Positions 23,591 through 35,817 are shown, counted from the first letter of the stretch. The stretch is 64,000 nt of DNA from Octopus sinensis (GCF_006345805.1 NC_042999.1:156860001-156924000); one strand, 5' to 3'. A program made the numbers and translations. The notes: generated from the sequence alone by a model not told the origin.

Positions 23591-23885
23591 AGCATCACAG
23601 AGAAGGTGACCTAATCCATAGTGCACATATGAATTTCCAGAGATATGATGAGGGATTACATACTCACAGAAGACAAATTTATCCATTGTTAATCACAACG
23701 AGGTGGGTCTCAATTCCTGCTTATTAGCATTACAGAGAGGGTGAATTAATCCTTTGTATAGATGCACAATTTCCAGTGGTGTAGATGTAAATTTCCAGAG
23801 AAATGAAGAGGAATTTCATATTCACAGGCGATAAATTTATCAATGGTTGAACACAATGAGGTAGGTATCAATTCTTGTTATATGA
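23591..23885. repeat. Diverged two-copy tandem duplication (about 135-160 bp)
   Basis: agcat(c/t)acagaga starts at 23591 and 23726; shared aatttccagaga, aaatttatc and gaggt(g/a)ggt blocks. Confidence 0.8.
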
Positions 23886-23984
23886 TTAGGTATTTGCCAC
23901 ATTAATCACATTACTGCTATTTACAAGAGGCTGTAGCTATTTAACTTTTAAAGGCTGAAGGGCTTTCTAGAGAGGCAAAGAATA

Positions 23985-24160
23985 GAAAAGGGAGGGAAGG
24001 AATAGAAGAAAAGAGAGAAAATAAAGGAGGAGGGAGCAAAAAAGGGGGGGAAGGGGACTAAAAGAGAAGAGAAAAGGAAAAAGAGAATAAGAAGAAGAAA
24101 AAGAAAAAAGAGAAAAGAGAAAGAAATAGGGAAAGAAGGAAAAAAGAAAAAAAAAAAAAG
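23985..24160. repeat. Polypurine (GA-rich) low-complexity tract
   Basis: Almost only A and G. Confidence 0.9.
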
Positions 24161-24379
24161 AGGGTTCTAGTTATACAGAAGAATTAGTAGATGGCAAGCC
24201 TGGTTTTAATTTACAGGCATCTAGGAACTAGAGGAGAATATTATTCTTTGACCAGTAAAACAGCTAATTTATTGCTGTTGAAATCAGCTATGAATTTAAA
24301 GAGAATCTAAAGAGATAACACAGTCAGGGGTTTAGGGGTCAGATGCTAAAATCAAAAGAAAATACATTAGGAAAATCTA

Positions 24380-25212
24380 AGTATAATCTTATCAAAAAGT
24401 CATTAAAATTTACTTATTTAATTTATTCATTTTATTGTCTTAAGGAGTTGCCGTTATTATTCATACATTGACGGACTACAGGTCAAATCTTAGAAGATCA
24501 TTTACAAGGTGTTAGGGGATTGTCTATCATAATGAAGATAATCATATTATCACCGAGGGGGTAGCCTTATTTATTTAATTTTGAAATAGAATTATGGGGC
24601 TATAGTAACTCATTTTATTTTATTAGAGTTATGCTACTTAACTTAGATTAAGTTAGGAATTAAATTAAAAATTACAATTAAGATTTAAATTAAGAATTTA
24701 AAAATTATGAGTTTGAAATTAAATAAAGCCTCAATTAAGCAGCGTATAAGTACTATTCATTTCCCTGTTCTCAAAAAACTGATGCAGATATAAGGAAAAA
24801 GATAACTGTAGTGTGAGAGAACTCTTAGTTATCTACTTAAAGCAGTGCTATACTAGTAGAAATCAAGTTATATCTATCTATCTAGTTACGAATATTCTAA
24901 TCATTTAAAATATTTTAAAGTCTTCAATTTAGCGTGGACACAAACTTGACCTAGTTCGATATGGTTATTCAATAAGTTTCTATGTTTTCTATGCTTTAGA
25001 ATTTCATACGTCTCCATGGAGCATAGTTGGCAACCAACCCTACTATTTTTATACGGAATTGCTCTCCTAACTATTTCCCAATTAAGGTTATAATTTTTAT
25101 TATTATTTTTGAGTTCCCAGATTTTGTTTGAAAGTGTGGTGGTACCAGCTTTATGACGTAATTTAAAAGACGAGATGTGATTTCTAATTTTGCATGTGCC
25201 TGTGCAGATGCA
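24380..25212 (-). mobile_element. Penelope-like element 3' fragment (GIY-YIG C-terminal part plus AT-rich 3' region)
   Basis: Open minus frame 25185-24901: RNHISSFKLRHKAGTTTLSNKIWELKNNNKNYNLNWEIVRRAIPY...CQLCSMETYEIL...LLNNHIELGQVCVHAK*, the typical PLE C-terminus. Confidence 0.85.
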
Positions 25213-25378
<166 letters not shown>

Positions 25379-25482
25379 ATTACAGACATAGGGTGAAAGA
25401 TAATTAATTTAATAAAATCAACAAATTTCACCTAGTAGTATTTCGGTATGGAAAAAGATCATATTTGGTAAAAAACTTATAT

Positions 25483-25843
25483 GATTATAACAATAAGGGT
25501 TTTGCATCAAGTTGCTTGACCACATACCGAAAATTTTAGAAATAGCAGCCAAAGCACTACTATTTCCTTTTCTACAAAAATATGTCTCCACAGACAACAA
25601 TATTTGTAACTCACATAAGGCAAAAAAAAAAGAAGAAAGATAATGAAATCAAACAGTCTTCGGTTAATTATGGACGTACGTTTCTGGGTTAGAATCATAA
25701 GACTCATTTCCTTCATCGACATAATATTGTTGTCTGTGGAGACATATTTTTGTAGAAAAAGGAAATAGTAGTCTTTTGGCTGCTATTTCTAAAATTTTCG
25801 GGATGTGGTCAAGCAACTTGTTGCAAAACCTTTATTGTTATAA
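25483..25843. repeat. About 120-bp inverted repeat enclosing a hammerhead-like motif
   Basis: Arms 25483-25604 and 25723-25843. Confidence 0.9.
25667..25725 (-). ncRNA. Type I hammerhead-like motif with core variant
   Basis: Minus: attatg | TCGATGA | a gg aaat gagtc-ttat-gattc taac cc a | GAAA | cgtacg | TC | cataat. Stem I is a perfect 6 bp; positions 3 and 4 are non-canonical. Confidence 0.55.
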
Positions 25844-26009
25844 TTATATATATATATAATTACATATATACATATGCACAAACTTAGGTACATATTTACA
25901 CAGAATGATATATATTCATGCATACATATACATGTATACATATATATATACATATACTCACATATAGACATGCACACACACCAACATTTAAACATATATT
26001 AGCATTTCA

Positions 26010-26560
26010 AAAACGAACTAGACAGTAACTGCCTGGCAAAGTCATTTGTATACAGTGCAAAGGTTGAATCACATAGCTGTGATCAACCTAAAACATATAT
26101 TGGGGTAACAGAGCTTTCAATCAAACACCGTTCTTACAAGCATAACTTACATTTGTCAACCTCAACAGAAAATATGCTACCACTTTGTCAAAGTTTATAT
26201 GGTTCTTGAGTGAGACAAGTCCTCATGAATTCAAAATTACCTAATGTAGATAATGCACAACCTTTCAGGAATAGGGGCTTCAAATCAAAGATGTGGTGTG
26301 ACCTTTGTTTGAGCAAAGATCTGAGAATTTTTAATGAAGCCACCAATATTTTGAACAAAAGAAATGAACTCTTAACACCTTGTATACATGCAGCTAAGTA
26401 TCATTAATGCAAAAATAAGTTCCCTTGAATTTTGTCCAGGTTCAGAAAAAACCCTGGTTTTTGAAATGGTTAGTTAATGAGTTTCATTAATATGTATGTT
26501 TTAATGTGTGAGTAATGAAAATTGAAGCCTTTCAATTAAAATGAATTAATACTCTGCATT
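26010..26560 (+). mobile_element. Penelope-like GIY-YIG endonuclease fragment with decayed pLTR
   Basis: LDSNCLAKSFVYSAKV...KTYIGVTE...TTLSKFIW...CDLCLSKDLRI...ILNKRNELLTPCIH; frameshifted. Confidence 0.85.
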
Positions 26561-26593
26561 TATATTGAGTCCTGTAGTTTATTGTTTCTGGTG

Positions 26594-26605
<12 letters not shown>

Positions 26606-26637
<32 letters not shown>

Positions 26638-26885
26638 CCATCATCATTATTTAACATCTCCTTTCCATGCTAGCATAGGTCAGCCACTTTGACTGGAACT
26701 GGTGAGCCGGAGGGCTGCACCAGACTCCAGTTTGATTTGGCATGATTTTCACAGCTAGATGCCCTTCCTAATGCCAACTACTCTGAGAATGTAATCAGTG
26801 CTTTTTATGCACCCCTGGCACGGGCGCCATTTACATGACACCAGCAATTTCATTTGGCTTGACAAGTCCTATCAAGCACAGCAAC
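26606..26885 (-). mobile_element. RTE 3' UTR fragment
   Basis: (CAT)n followed by the RTE terminal sequence in reverse. Confidence 0.8.
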
Positions 26886-27069
26886 AGTATACCTTGCATT
26901 TTCTGTGATACATTTCTATGGAACATTTAATTTGACCAACATATTGCTGGATATTCCAAATATATAACAAATTGTTTTTTTGCTCTAAAATAGAACAATC
27001 TCAACATAAAATGTCAATCAGGTTAGCTTTCTCAACATTTGTTTGCAAATAAAATCTTTTATTGATTTT

Positions 27070-28226
27070 CTTGGATTGATTAATTGTTCTCCCAGGTGTG
27101 GAAGCAAGACCTAGAATCAAAGGGCCAAAGACTTAATCTAGCAAAAACCAAAGTCTTAGTATGTAGGAAAGCAGAAAATCACAAATCCCTTTAGGGTGAC
27201 AACCCTGCTCAATTTGTAGAAAGGGCATAGGTAGAAACTCCACAAAATGTACCCAGTGTAAGCTATAGACACATAAGAGGTGCAGCAATACCAGAGGAAG
27301 ATTGATAGGGAAATTAGCTTTTGTGTGTGGAAGGTGAACAGAAAGAATTAACATTAAAAACTTAGAGAAAACAAACTCTATCAAATACTAGGGAGGAAAG
27401 CTAGTAGTAATTGATAGCTTCTGTTACCTAGGTGACCAAGCCAATAGTGAAGGTAGTTGCTCCAAAAGCATAGCTGCTAGAATAAGAGTAGGCTGGGCAA
27501 AGTTCAGAGAGCTCCTAGCTCAGCTGGTAACAAAGGACTTCTTCTTCGGAGTGAAAGGCAGAATGTATGATGCCTGCGTGCAAACAGCCATGCTACATGG
27601 CAGTAAAACAGGGGCTGTGATTGCTGAGGACATACATAGGCTTAAAAGAAATGAAGTTAGTATGCTTCGTTGGGTGTGCAATGTCAGTGTGCATGTAAAA
27701 TAGAGCATAAAAGTCTTGAGAGACAAGTTGGGCATAAGAGGCATCAGATGTGGTGTGTAAGAAAGACAACTGCACTGGTGTGGTCATGTGAAGCGTGTGG
27801 ATGTGAACAGCTGTGTGAAGAAGTGCAGATTTCTAACAGTGGAGTATGTTGTGGAAAAGGTAAACCCAGGTAGACATGGGACAATGAGGTGAAGCATGAT
27901 TTTCAAACGTTGGGCCTCACGGAAGCAAGGATTAGTGACTGAGACCTTTGGTAATATGCCATGTTTGAAAAGACCCATCAAGCCAAGGGAAATCATAGCT
28001 GTGGCCATTGTCGGTGTAACATAACTGGCACTCATGCCAGTGGCACATAAAAGCACCCATTACACTCTCAGAGTGGTTGGCATTAGGAAGGACATCAAGC
28101 CATAGAGACCATGCCAACCAGACTGAAGTCTGGCGCAGTCCCTCAGCTTACCAGCCCTGGTCAAACCATCCAACCCATGCCAACATGGACAACAGACGTT
28201 AAATGATGATGATGATGATGATGATG
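27070..28226 (+). mobile_element. Older RTE LINE copy (RT C-terminal part, 3' UTR, (GAT)n)
   Basis: Colinear with 33480-34883, including the Cys-rich segment; many stops. Confidence 0.9.
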
Positions 28227-28756
28227 CTATAAATAATTTCATCATGCTTTTATTGTATCAAAGCCTTGAAACCTGTTATACCTCTTTCTTTAATTCTCTG
28301 TGGCAGGCCATTCTTTTTCAGCATTCAGTTTTAGTATATAATTGGAATTCATTTTATAGAATGTCAACTAATTTGTTAAAGTGTTAATAATAGATTGTTT
28401 GTATTACGTTTGTAATGAAAGCGTTTATAACTTGTTGGCTCAATCTGCCTAGCTGTAAATAACAAGCAATACTAAACGATTTTCTCACCATTTCAGAAAT
28501 TGACCTGTTAGACAGGTCAATTTGTTTCTCTTTCTTTTTTTTCTGTTGTTTTTACATTTGGTATATGTATATTCGTTTTTGACAACATTTATAATCCTGA
28601 TACATAAACATGTGTGTGTATGTGTGTGTGGTGTTTAGATAAAGATAGTTATGGCCAGTCTGTGGGGTTACCCAGGGTTTCACATCCATAAAGCACTTAG
28701 CTTTACCACATCTTGTCAGACTTTAATGGTCAGTGACCTATAACTTTTCTTCAAAG

Positions 28757-28804
28757 TGGAGGGAAAAAAGACTTTGTTGCTAGGTGTTGCACACACAGAC
28801 AAAG
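28757..28804 (+). CDS. Candidate host exon C (EGKKTLLLGVAHTDK), phase 1 to 1
   Basis: cttttcttcaaag acceptor and AAG|GTGAAA donor; phase matches exon D. Confidence 0.3.
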
Positions 28805-29468
28805 GTGAAAGGTCAGACACAAGGGACTGCCTCCCTTAAACCGCTATCCAGAATCCACCCAGTCAGCTTGCGGGTCCTAAGATTTTAGCAGGAATTGCCT
28901 GAAGTATGAGCAAGGTCTGAAGACTTCCATCCTGGAATTTAAGATGTTCTCTTTTTAATTTCATATATGTTTCACAAGGCTTTTGTACTAAAACAGACAA
29001 GAAGGTTCTCAAAGAATCCTTTTGGAGATTAGCTTGTACCATAATTTTCAGGTTACAATTAAAGTTAGAATCGACATAAACATCTTTAAAACGTTATGAA
29101 GTTCTTCTTGGGACTTTTCAGGTTTTGTGGTCAAAATTTCATAGGACTGATAAACTATCATTTTATGCAAAGACAATATATTCAGTGAACTGCTTTTATT
29201 CATAATATTCCTTTCTAAAGTAATCATCATTACAAAATTATTTATCTTTCATAGGACGCCTGTTCATGATATTCCCCTATCACATTTCAAGTGAAAGACA
29301 AGAATGTTTGAAGAACGTGATCATACTTAAAATGACAATCATTTCTTTTTCTCTTTTTCTCTTTTTTAACTACCCCAGATATTACACAATTGTACTGTAT
29401 GTCAAATATCAACTCCTCTTTTACTACCACTTACACTGTCTCTTCATACTATCCCCCAAATTCTTCAT

Positions 29469-29472
<4 letters not shown>

Positions 29473-29521
<49 letters not shown>

Positions 29522-29527
29522 CGTGTG

Positions 29528-29587
<60 letters not shown>

Positions 29588-29598
29588 ATATAATATAT

Positions 29599-29629
<31 letters not shown>

Positions 29630-29630
29630 G

Positions 29631-29701
<71 letters not shown>

Positions 29702-29765
29702 TATATATATACATATATATGCATATACATACATATATATATGTGTGTGTGTATGTGTGTGTGTG
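29473..29765. repeat. Compound (TA)n/(TG)n microsatellite
   Basis: Direct reading. Confidence 0.95.
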
Positions 29766-29921
29766 CACAATAGTGTGACAAATATTTTCCAGTGCTATAT
29801 CTGAAGAATCTGAAAGAAGAAATGGCAATAAGAAAAGTTCACGAATCTATTTAACTTTGTTACATCTATACATAAATACATATACTCATGCATGCATATG
29901 TGAATGTATACACACACTTTT

Positions 29922-29958
<37 letters not shown>

Positions 29959-30359
29959 GGGCGGAGAATCTAGTAAGCACATAAATGCAAGGCAAAGTAG
30001 AAAAAATAAAGAAGTGTTCGAATATTCTCTAGCCTTTTTAAAGGCAACCTTTTCAATCCAAAGGATTTTTAACCCTCAGCGTTATTTGTAATTAGAACAG
30101 ATGGATACATTAGTATACAGACTCAAGTCTGTAACAATGTATATCTATTTGAAAACTTAGTAACTTCTATGCTGGAGTGAGACAGCATGTTCTTTCTCTA
30201 TCTCCTTAACTTCTTGGAGATTTTAGGTATAATTATACTAATGTATCCATCTGTTCTAATTTAATTAAATTCTATGTCTTTGTGCAGCTGAAGATTGCTC
30301 TGCATTTTAAATTGATGTAATGATTGCATTGTTCAATTAAATGGAGTTGCATGAAATTA

Positions 30360-31072
30360 GGCAACCAAGTTAGTAACAGAGGTGATTGCTCCAAGAGCGT
30401 AGCTGTGAGAATAAGAGTAGGCTGGGCAAAGTTCAGAGAGCTCCTACTTCTGTTGTCAACAAAGGCCTGTGTAAACAGCTATGCTATGCAGCAGTAAAAT
30501 ATGGGCTGTGACCACTGAGGACGTGTATGCTTGAAAGAAATGATGCTAGTATACTTTACTGAATGGGCAATGTCAGTGTGCATATACGACAGTGTGTAAG
30601 CATCTTGAGAGAAAAGTTAGGCCTTATATGCATCAGGTGTGGTGTCCAAGAGAGATGACTGCAATGGTATGGTCACGTGATGTGTATGGACGAGGACAGA
30701 TGCATAATGAAGTGCCAATCTCTAACTGTGGAGGGAACATGTAGTAGAGGTAGATCCAGGACGACATGGGTTGAGGTGGAGACGTATGAACTTCGGATAT
30801 TGGCCCTTACTGAGATAATGACTAGTGACTGAGACCTTCGGCATGCCATGCTGATCCTGGCATCATGTAATTGGCACCATTTGAGCAGTGGGCCTCACAG
30901 AGGTAATGTGGCTGATACCAGTGTCACGTAACATGCACCTATGCAAGTGGCATGTAAAAATCACCATTCGTGTGGTACGCCTCACAGAGGCAATGCAACT
31001 GATGCTGGTGTCTCATAACTGGCACTCATGCTGGTAGCGTGTAAAAGCACCTATTACACTCTCAGAATGTTT
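30360..31072 (+). mobile_element. Decayed RTE LINE 3' part
   Basis: Colinear with 33830-34730. Confidence 0.85.
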
Positions 31073-31074
31073 GG

Positions 31075-31392
31075 CAAATTAAATATTTAAAAGCTATGAA
31101 CAAACCAACAGGAGTTGCTAGAAATAACAGTCAAAACATTAAAATACACAAGAGCAAAGTTAACAGTGAAAACAGTGGTAAATATTAAAACATTTGTGAG
31201 CAAATTAAATATTTAAAAGTGACAAGCAAACCAATAGGAGTTGCTAGAAATAACAGTCAAAACATTAAAATATACACGAGCAAAGTTAACAGTGAAAACA
31301 GTGGTAAATATTAAAACATCCGTGAGCAAATTAAATATTTAAAAGCGACAAGTAAACCAACAGGAGTTGCTAGAAATAACAGTCAAAACATT
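31075..31392. repeat. 126-bp tandem repeat, 2.5 copies
   Basis: caaattaaatatttaaaag starts at 31075, 31201 and 31327. Confidence 0.95.
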
Positions 31393-31399
31393 GCTTAAA

Positions 31400-31630
31400 A
31401 TAAAACATTTATAAGTTTAAAAAATTCAAGAATGTAGGTTTGCGATACATTCTAGGATTTTATAAAATAAATAATCTTTCTTATATCTCCTTCTCCCCAT
31501 AAATTCACAAAGATAAGAGTCAACCATGGAATGGTGTGTCCCACACTGACGTTTGTTTCCAAGCTTTAAAGATGTCCAGATATTTTCAATTTGTTGAGTA
31601 TAAGTCCCATCTGCTATGAAGGCAAACAAT
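31400..31630 (-). mobile_element. Merlin (IS1595/ISXO2-like) transposase C-terminal fragment
   Basis: GTYTQQIENIWTSLK...RQCGT...MVDSYLCEFM.RRRY matches the G.HTQ.IE..W...K...YL.EF..R motif. Confidence 0.78.
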
Positions 31631-32998
31631 TATAGAACATGTGGTGGTTACACTCCTTGTCCGCATGTGCAGCTTCTTTGGTTCTTCACAATCAGCTATG
31701 GAATATGTGGTGCTTCTTTGCTTTGGTTACTATGGATACAGAGTTCTTCGGCATGGTGATTTGTAAAATATTCATTTCTGATAGGCTAAAATACCCAAAT
31801 TTTGCAAATTTTAAAAGCTAATAACTTTTTAATTATGGATTTATAGGGAAAATGAATTTTATTTTCATAATTAGTATACAAAACTTAATCTATATACCAA
31901 ATTTGAAAACAATTGGAACAAAATTATAGATAGTGATGAAAACCACCAAGATTCCAACACAATCCTTATCAAGCCCTCCAATCATGCCAGCATAAAAGAT
32001 AGACATTAAATGTAAATACATGCATATATATATGTAAATACATGCATAAACACCAACATACATATATACATACATACATACATGTAGGTAGGTAGGTGAA
32101 TATTTACATACACTCATACATATTTGTACAAACAGATGTCTTGCAAACAACTTGCACATGCAAGTGCTACCAGTAAAAAAACCCCCGCATACTGGAAGCC
32201 AGCAAGTGTATGGGGTCATCAGGAGAGAATGTGCACCATTTCGGGGCCTACCTCTCAATGGCATCAATGCGCACCGCCTCCCCCCCTCACTGATATGAGG
32301 CCCTGCTTGCTAGATCAGCTGGTTATCAAATAAAGCTCAATATCCTTCTAGCCATCGCTCATCGTCTTTTTTTAACCAAATCCAGTGGCTAGCCTTCTCC
32401 CCTGTAGATTAGATATCGGTCATGGTGGTATTGACTTTATGATGAGTTAGGCCTAACGATAACAACAGTCATCTCACACTGTGTGCAACGAACCCTCTAC
32501 ATCTGACTTCGATTGGAAAATGTTCCACTTTCCAGCCTGCGTCTTCACATTCCTCGAGGTATGTACATGGCTGTGTGTAATTGCAGGTATGACTTTGTGG
32601 TTGAGAAGTTTACTTCACAATCACATGTTTCAGGCTTAATCTCGTTCAGTCTGCCTTGGACATCATCTGCTATAGTCTTGGGTTAGCCTTGTGAGCAAAT
32701 CTGAACTAGTCTTGATTTCTATGCTGCCCTTTTTATAGCGAGTACTTTACACTAATAGAGTTTTCCTCCAGTGTTTAACTCTAGAGCATTATGAAGGGTG
32801 TTCATTAAAGATTTCCCCTGACCCGCTTCCCAAAGACTGGGATAAATGGAACTTCGCATAATCATTAATCCTTCTCTACATGGCCACCACCAATGGGTGA
32901 CATACTTCTCCAATTGCTTCATGCAGCTATGTAGACCTCATCTGCAGAAGTCAGTAGGTTGCGTCTGGAGCCAAGACTTTACCTTGGAAATAAGTTCA

Positions 32999-33034
<36 letters not shown>

Positions 33035-33080
33035 CATACATACATATGATCATACACATACCAACATAAACATACATACC

Positions 33081-34382
33081 ACTGATGCTATATTCCTGGT
33101 AAGGCAGCTGCAGGAGAAATACCTAGCCAAAGATAAGCCCCTGTACCTGGCTTTCGTTGACATGGAGAAAGCTTTTGATAGGGTCCCCCGATCCCTTATC
33201 TGGTGGTCAATGAGGAAACTAGGGATAGATGAATGGCTGGTGAGGACTGTGCAAGCCATGTACAGAGATGCCGTAAGTAAGGTTAGGGTTGGCAACATGT
33301 ACACAGAAGAATTCAAAGTAGAGGTTGGGGTCCACCAGGGTTCAGTACTCAGCCCCCTCCTAGTTATCATAGTCCTCCAGGCAATTACGGAGGAATTCAA
33401 GACAGGTTGTCCCTGGGAGCTCCTCTACGCTGACGACCTTGCTCTTATTGCTGAGTCACTATCAGAACTGGAGGAGAAGTTCCAGGTGTGGAAGGAGGGT
33501 TTAGAATCGAGGGGCCTTAGAGTCAACCTAGCTAAAACCAAAGTACTAATAAGTAGGAAGGTAGACAATCCACAAATGTCTTCAGGAAGATGGCCCTGCT
33601 CGATCTGTAGAAAAGGTGTAGGTAGAAACTCTATAAGATGTACCCAGTGTAAGCTATGGACACATAAGAGGTGCAGCAATGTCAAAGGTAGGCTAACTGG
33701 GAAGATAGTTTTTGTATGTGGCAGATGCTCGGGAGCATCAACCTCCGAAAATCTGCAGAAAACAAATTCCGTCACTTTCCAGGGGAAAAAACTAGAAGTA
33801 GTTGATAGCTTCCGTTATCTAGGTGACCAAGTCAGTAGTGGGGGTGGGTGCGCTGAAAGTGTAACTGCTAGAATAAGAATAGCCTGGGCAAAGTTTAGGG
33901 AGCTCTTACCTCTGCTGGTGACAAAAGGCCTCTCGCTCAGAGTAAAAGGCAGACTGTATGATGCGTGTGTACAAACAGCCATGCTACATGGCAGTGAAAC
34001 ATGGGCCGTGACTGCTGAGGACATGCGTAAGCTCGTGAGGAATGAAGCCAGTATGCTCCGATGGATGTGTAATGTCAGTGTACATACTCGACAGAGCGTT
34101 AGCACCTTGAGAGAAATGTTGTACCTAAGAAGCATCAGTTGTGGTGTGCAAGAGAGACGATTGCGCTGGTATGGTCATGTGGCGAGAATGGATGAAGATA
34201 GGTGTGTGAGAAAGTGCCAATCCCTAGCAGTTGAGGGAACCCGTGGAAGAGGTAGACCCAGGAAAACCTGGGACGAGGTGGTGAAGCACGACCTTCGAAC
34301 TTTAGACCTCACTGAGGAAATGACCAGCGACCGAGACCTTTGGAAATATTCTGTACGTGAGAAGACCAGGCAGGACAAGTGA
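33081..34382 (+). CDS. RTE-clade LINE reverse transcriptase, 5'-truncated, uninterrupted frame, with PHD-like Cys/His insert
   Basis: AFVDMEKAFDRV, HQGSVLSP, LLYADDL, FRYLG, RLRWYGHV, GRPRKTW; no stop from 33081 to 34382. Confidence 0.95.
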   Translation, partial: TDAIFLVRQLQEKYLAKDKPLYLAFVDMEKAFDRVPRSLIWWSMRKLGIDEWLVRTVQAMYRDAVSKVRVGNMYTEEFKVEVGVHQGSVLSPLLVIIVLQAITEEFKTGCPWELLYADDLALIAESLSELEEKFQVWKEGLESRGLRVNLAKTKVLISRKVDNPQMSSGRWPCSICRKGVGRNSIRCTQCKLWTHKRCSNVKGRLTGKIVFVCGRCSGASTSENLQKTNSVTFQGKKLEVVDSFRYLGDQVSSGGGCAESVTARIRIAWAKFRELLPLLVTKGLSLRVKGRLYDACVQTAMLHGSETWAVTAEDMRKLVRNEASMLRWMCNVSVHTRQSVSTLREMLYLRSISCGVQERRLRWYGHVARMDEDRCVRKCQSLAVEGTRGRGRPRKTWDEVVKHDLRTLDLTEEMTSDRDLWKYSVREKTRQDK

Positions 34383-34883
34383 GCCCAGCCCACTTATGAA
34401 TGCCTTTCCTCCCTTGGACACAAAGACCTGTTGAGGCAAGCGAAGTCGATATAGAACCTCATCCGACGACAGGCACCCATGCCAACCCCCTTTGCTTGCG
34501 AAGACATGTTGGGGCAAGCGAAATCGAAATCGAATTGAACCAGCCAGGATCCCTGGTCTGGTGGTACGTGAAAAGCACTATCCGACTCGTGGCCGATGCC
34601 AGCACCGCCTCAACTGGCTTCCGTGCCGGTGGCACATAAAATACACCAATCCGACCGTGGCCGTTGCCAGCCTCACCTGGCACCTGTGCAGGTGGCACGT
34701 AAAAAGCACCCACTACACTCACGGAGTGGTTGGCGTTAGGAAGGGCATCAAGCTGTAGAAACATTGCCAGATAAGACTGGAGCCTGGTGCAGCCTGCTGG
34801 CTCCCCAGATCCCCGGTCGAACCGTCTAACCCATGCTAGCATGGAGAACGGACGTTAAATGATGATGATGATGATGATGATGA
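33081..34883 (+). mobile_element. Young 5'-truncated RTE LINE with 500-bp 3' UTR and (GAT)n tail
   Basis: ORF, then UTR with repeated GGCAC(G/A)TAAAA motifs, then (GAT)n. Confidence 0.95.
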
Positions 34884-35817
34884 TATATATATGGATTTGG
34901 TTCATTTCATTCACAAATCAGCCCCCTTTAATGTTGCTCATATTGTTTTCAATTTTTGGGATATTGATGCAGTTCTAAATTTTGGTTATGCTCAACTAAT
35001 TACTTTATCTTATAAATTAAAGAATTTGATGTCATTTGGAATTAAAGTTGGAAAAATTTGGGAAATTTAGCCAATCAACAGACAGCAAGGCATTAACAGC
35101 TTGTTACCATGACAACAGCACATTGTGTCGTGTTTCACTTCCCCCGCATGTTGCGTTGTGTTGATTCTTCACAGCACGAGATTCGCTTCACCTGCATGTT
35201 TTGTTTTAATAAAAATTTATATTTAGCAATTAGAATTTTATTGTAGATATTTTTTGTCAATTGTCTTATGAGTAAGAAAGTGGTTTGTGGGGGTTTATAC
35301 TGGCGGTACACTTCCAGTGGATGCAACGAATGCCCGTCAGTTTAAACCCAGGTCAGGCCAGAAGGAGCCATTCTGTATTTTTATTGAAGATGTAGGACAA
35401 CATTATTTGATGCGTCCTTCATTTTTAAAATGTTAGAGCATAGAGTGTGAGAGATATGGCTGTTATTTCTAGCAAATTCAACAACCACATAGAATACATC
35501 ATTGGCTCATTTGCTGATGTGTATAAGTAAACAAAAACTAAAGAAAGTGGATCTTCATCTGTTTCTAGGATGATCACTCAATTGAACTGATTACACATTC
35601 AGCTGGTACTTATTTTATCAACCCTCCTAGGATGAAAGGCAAAGTCAACCTAGGTGGAATTTGAACTCAGAATGTAAAGCATTTAGCCCAGTGTGCTAAT
35701 GATTCTGTCAGCTTGTAGTCTTATGGTTACACATTATATTGACTTATAACTGGCTGAGTATACCGCAGCACACATGTACCCACAACATAATCCATAAGTA
35801 GAATCAGTAAAATCATC

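Noticed and set aside
32160-32236. Minus-strand CTGATGA followed by a hairpin
   Set aside because: No GAAA after the hairpin.
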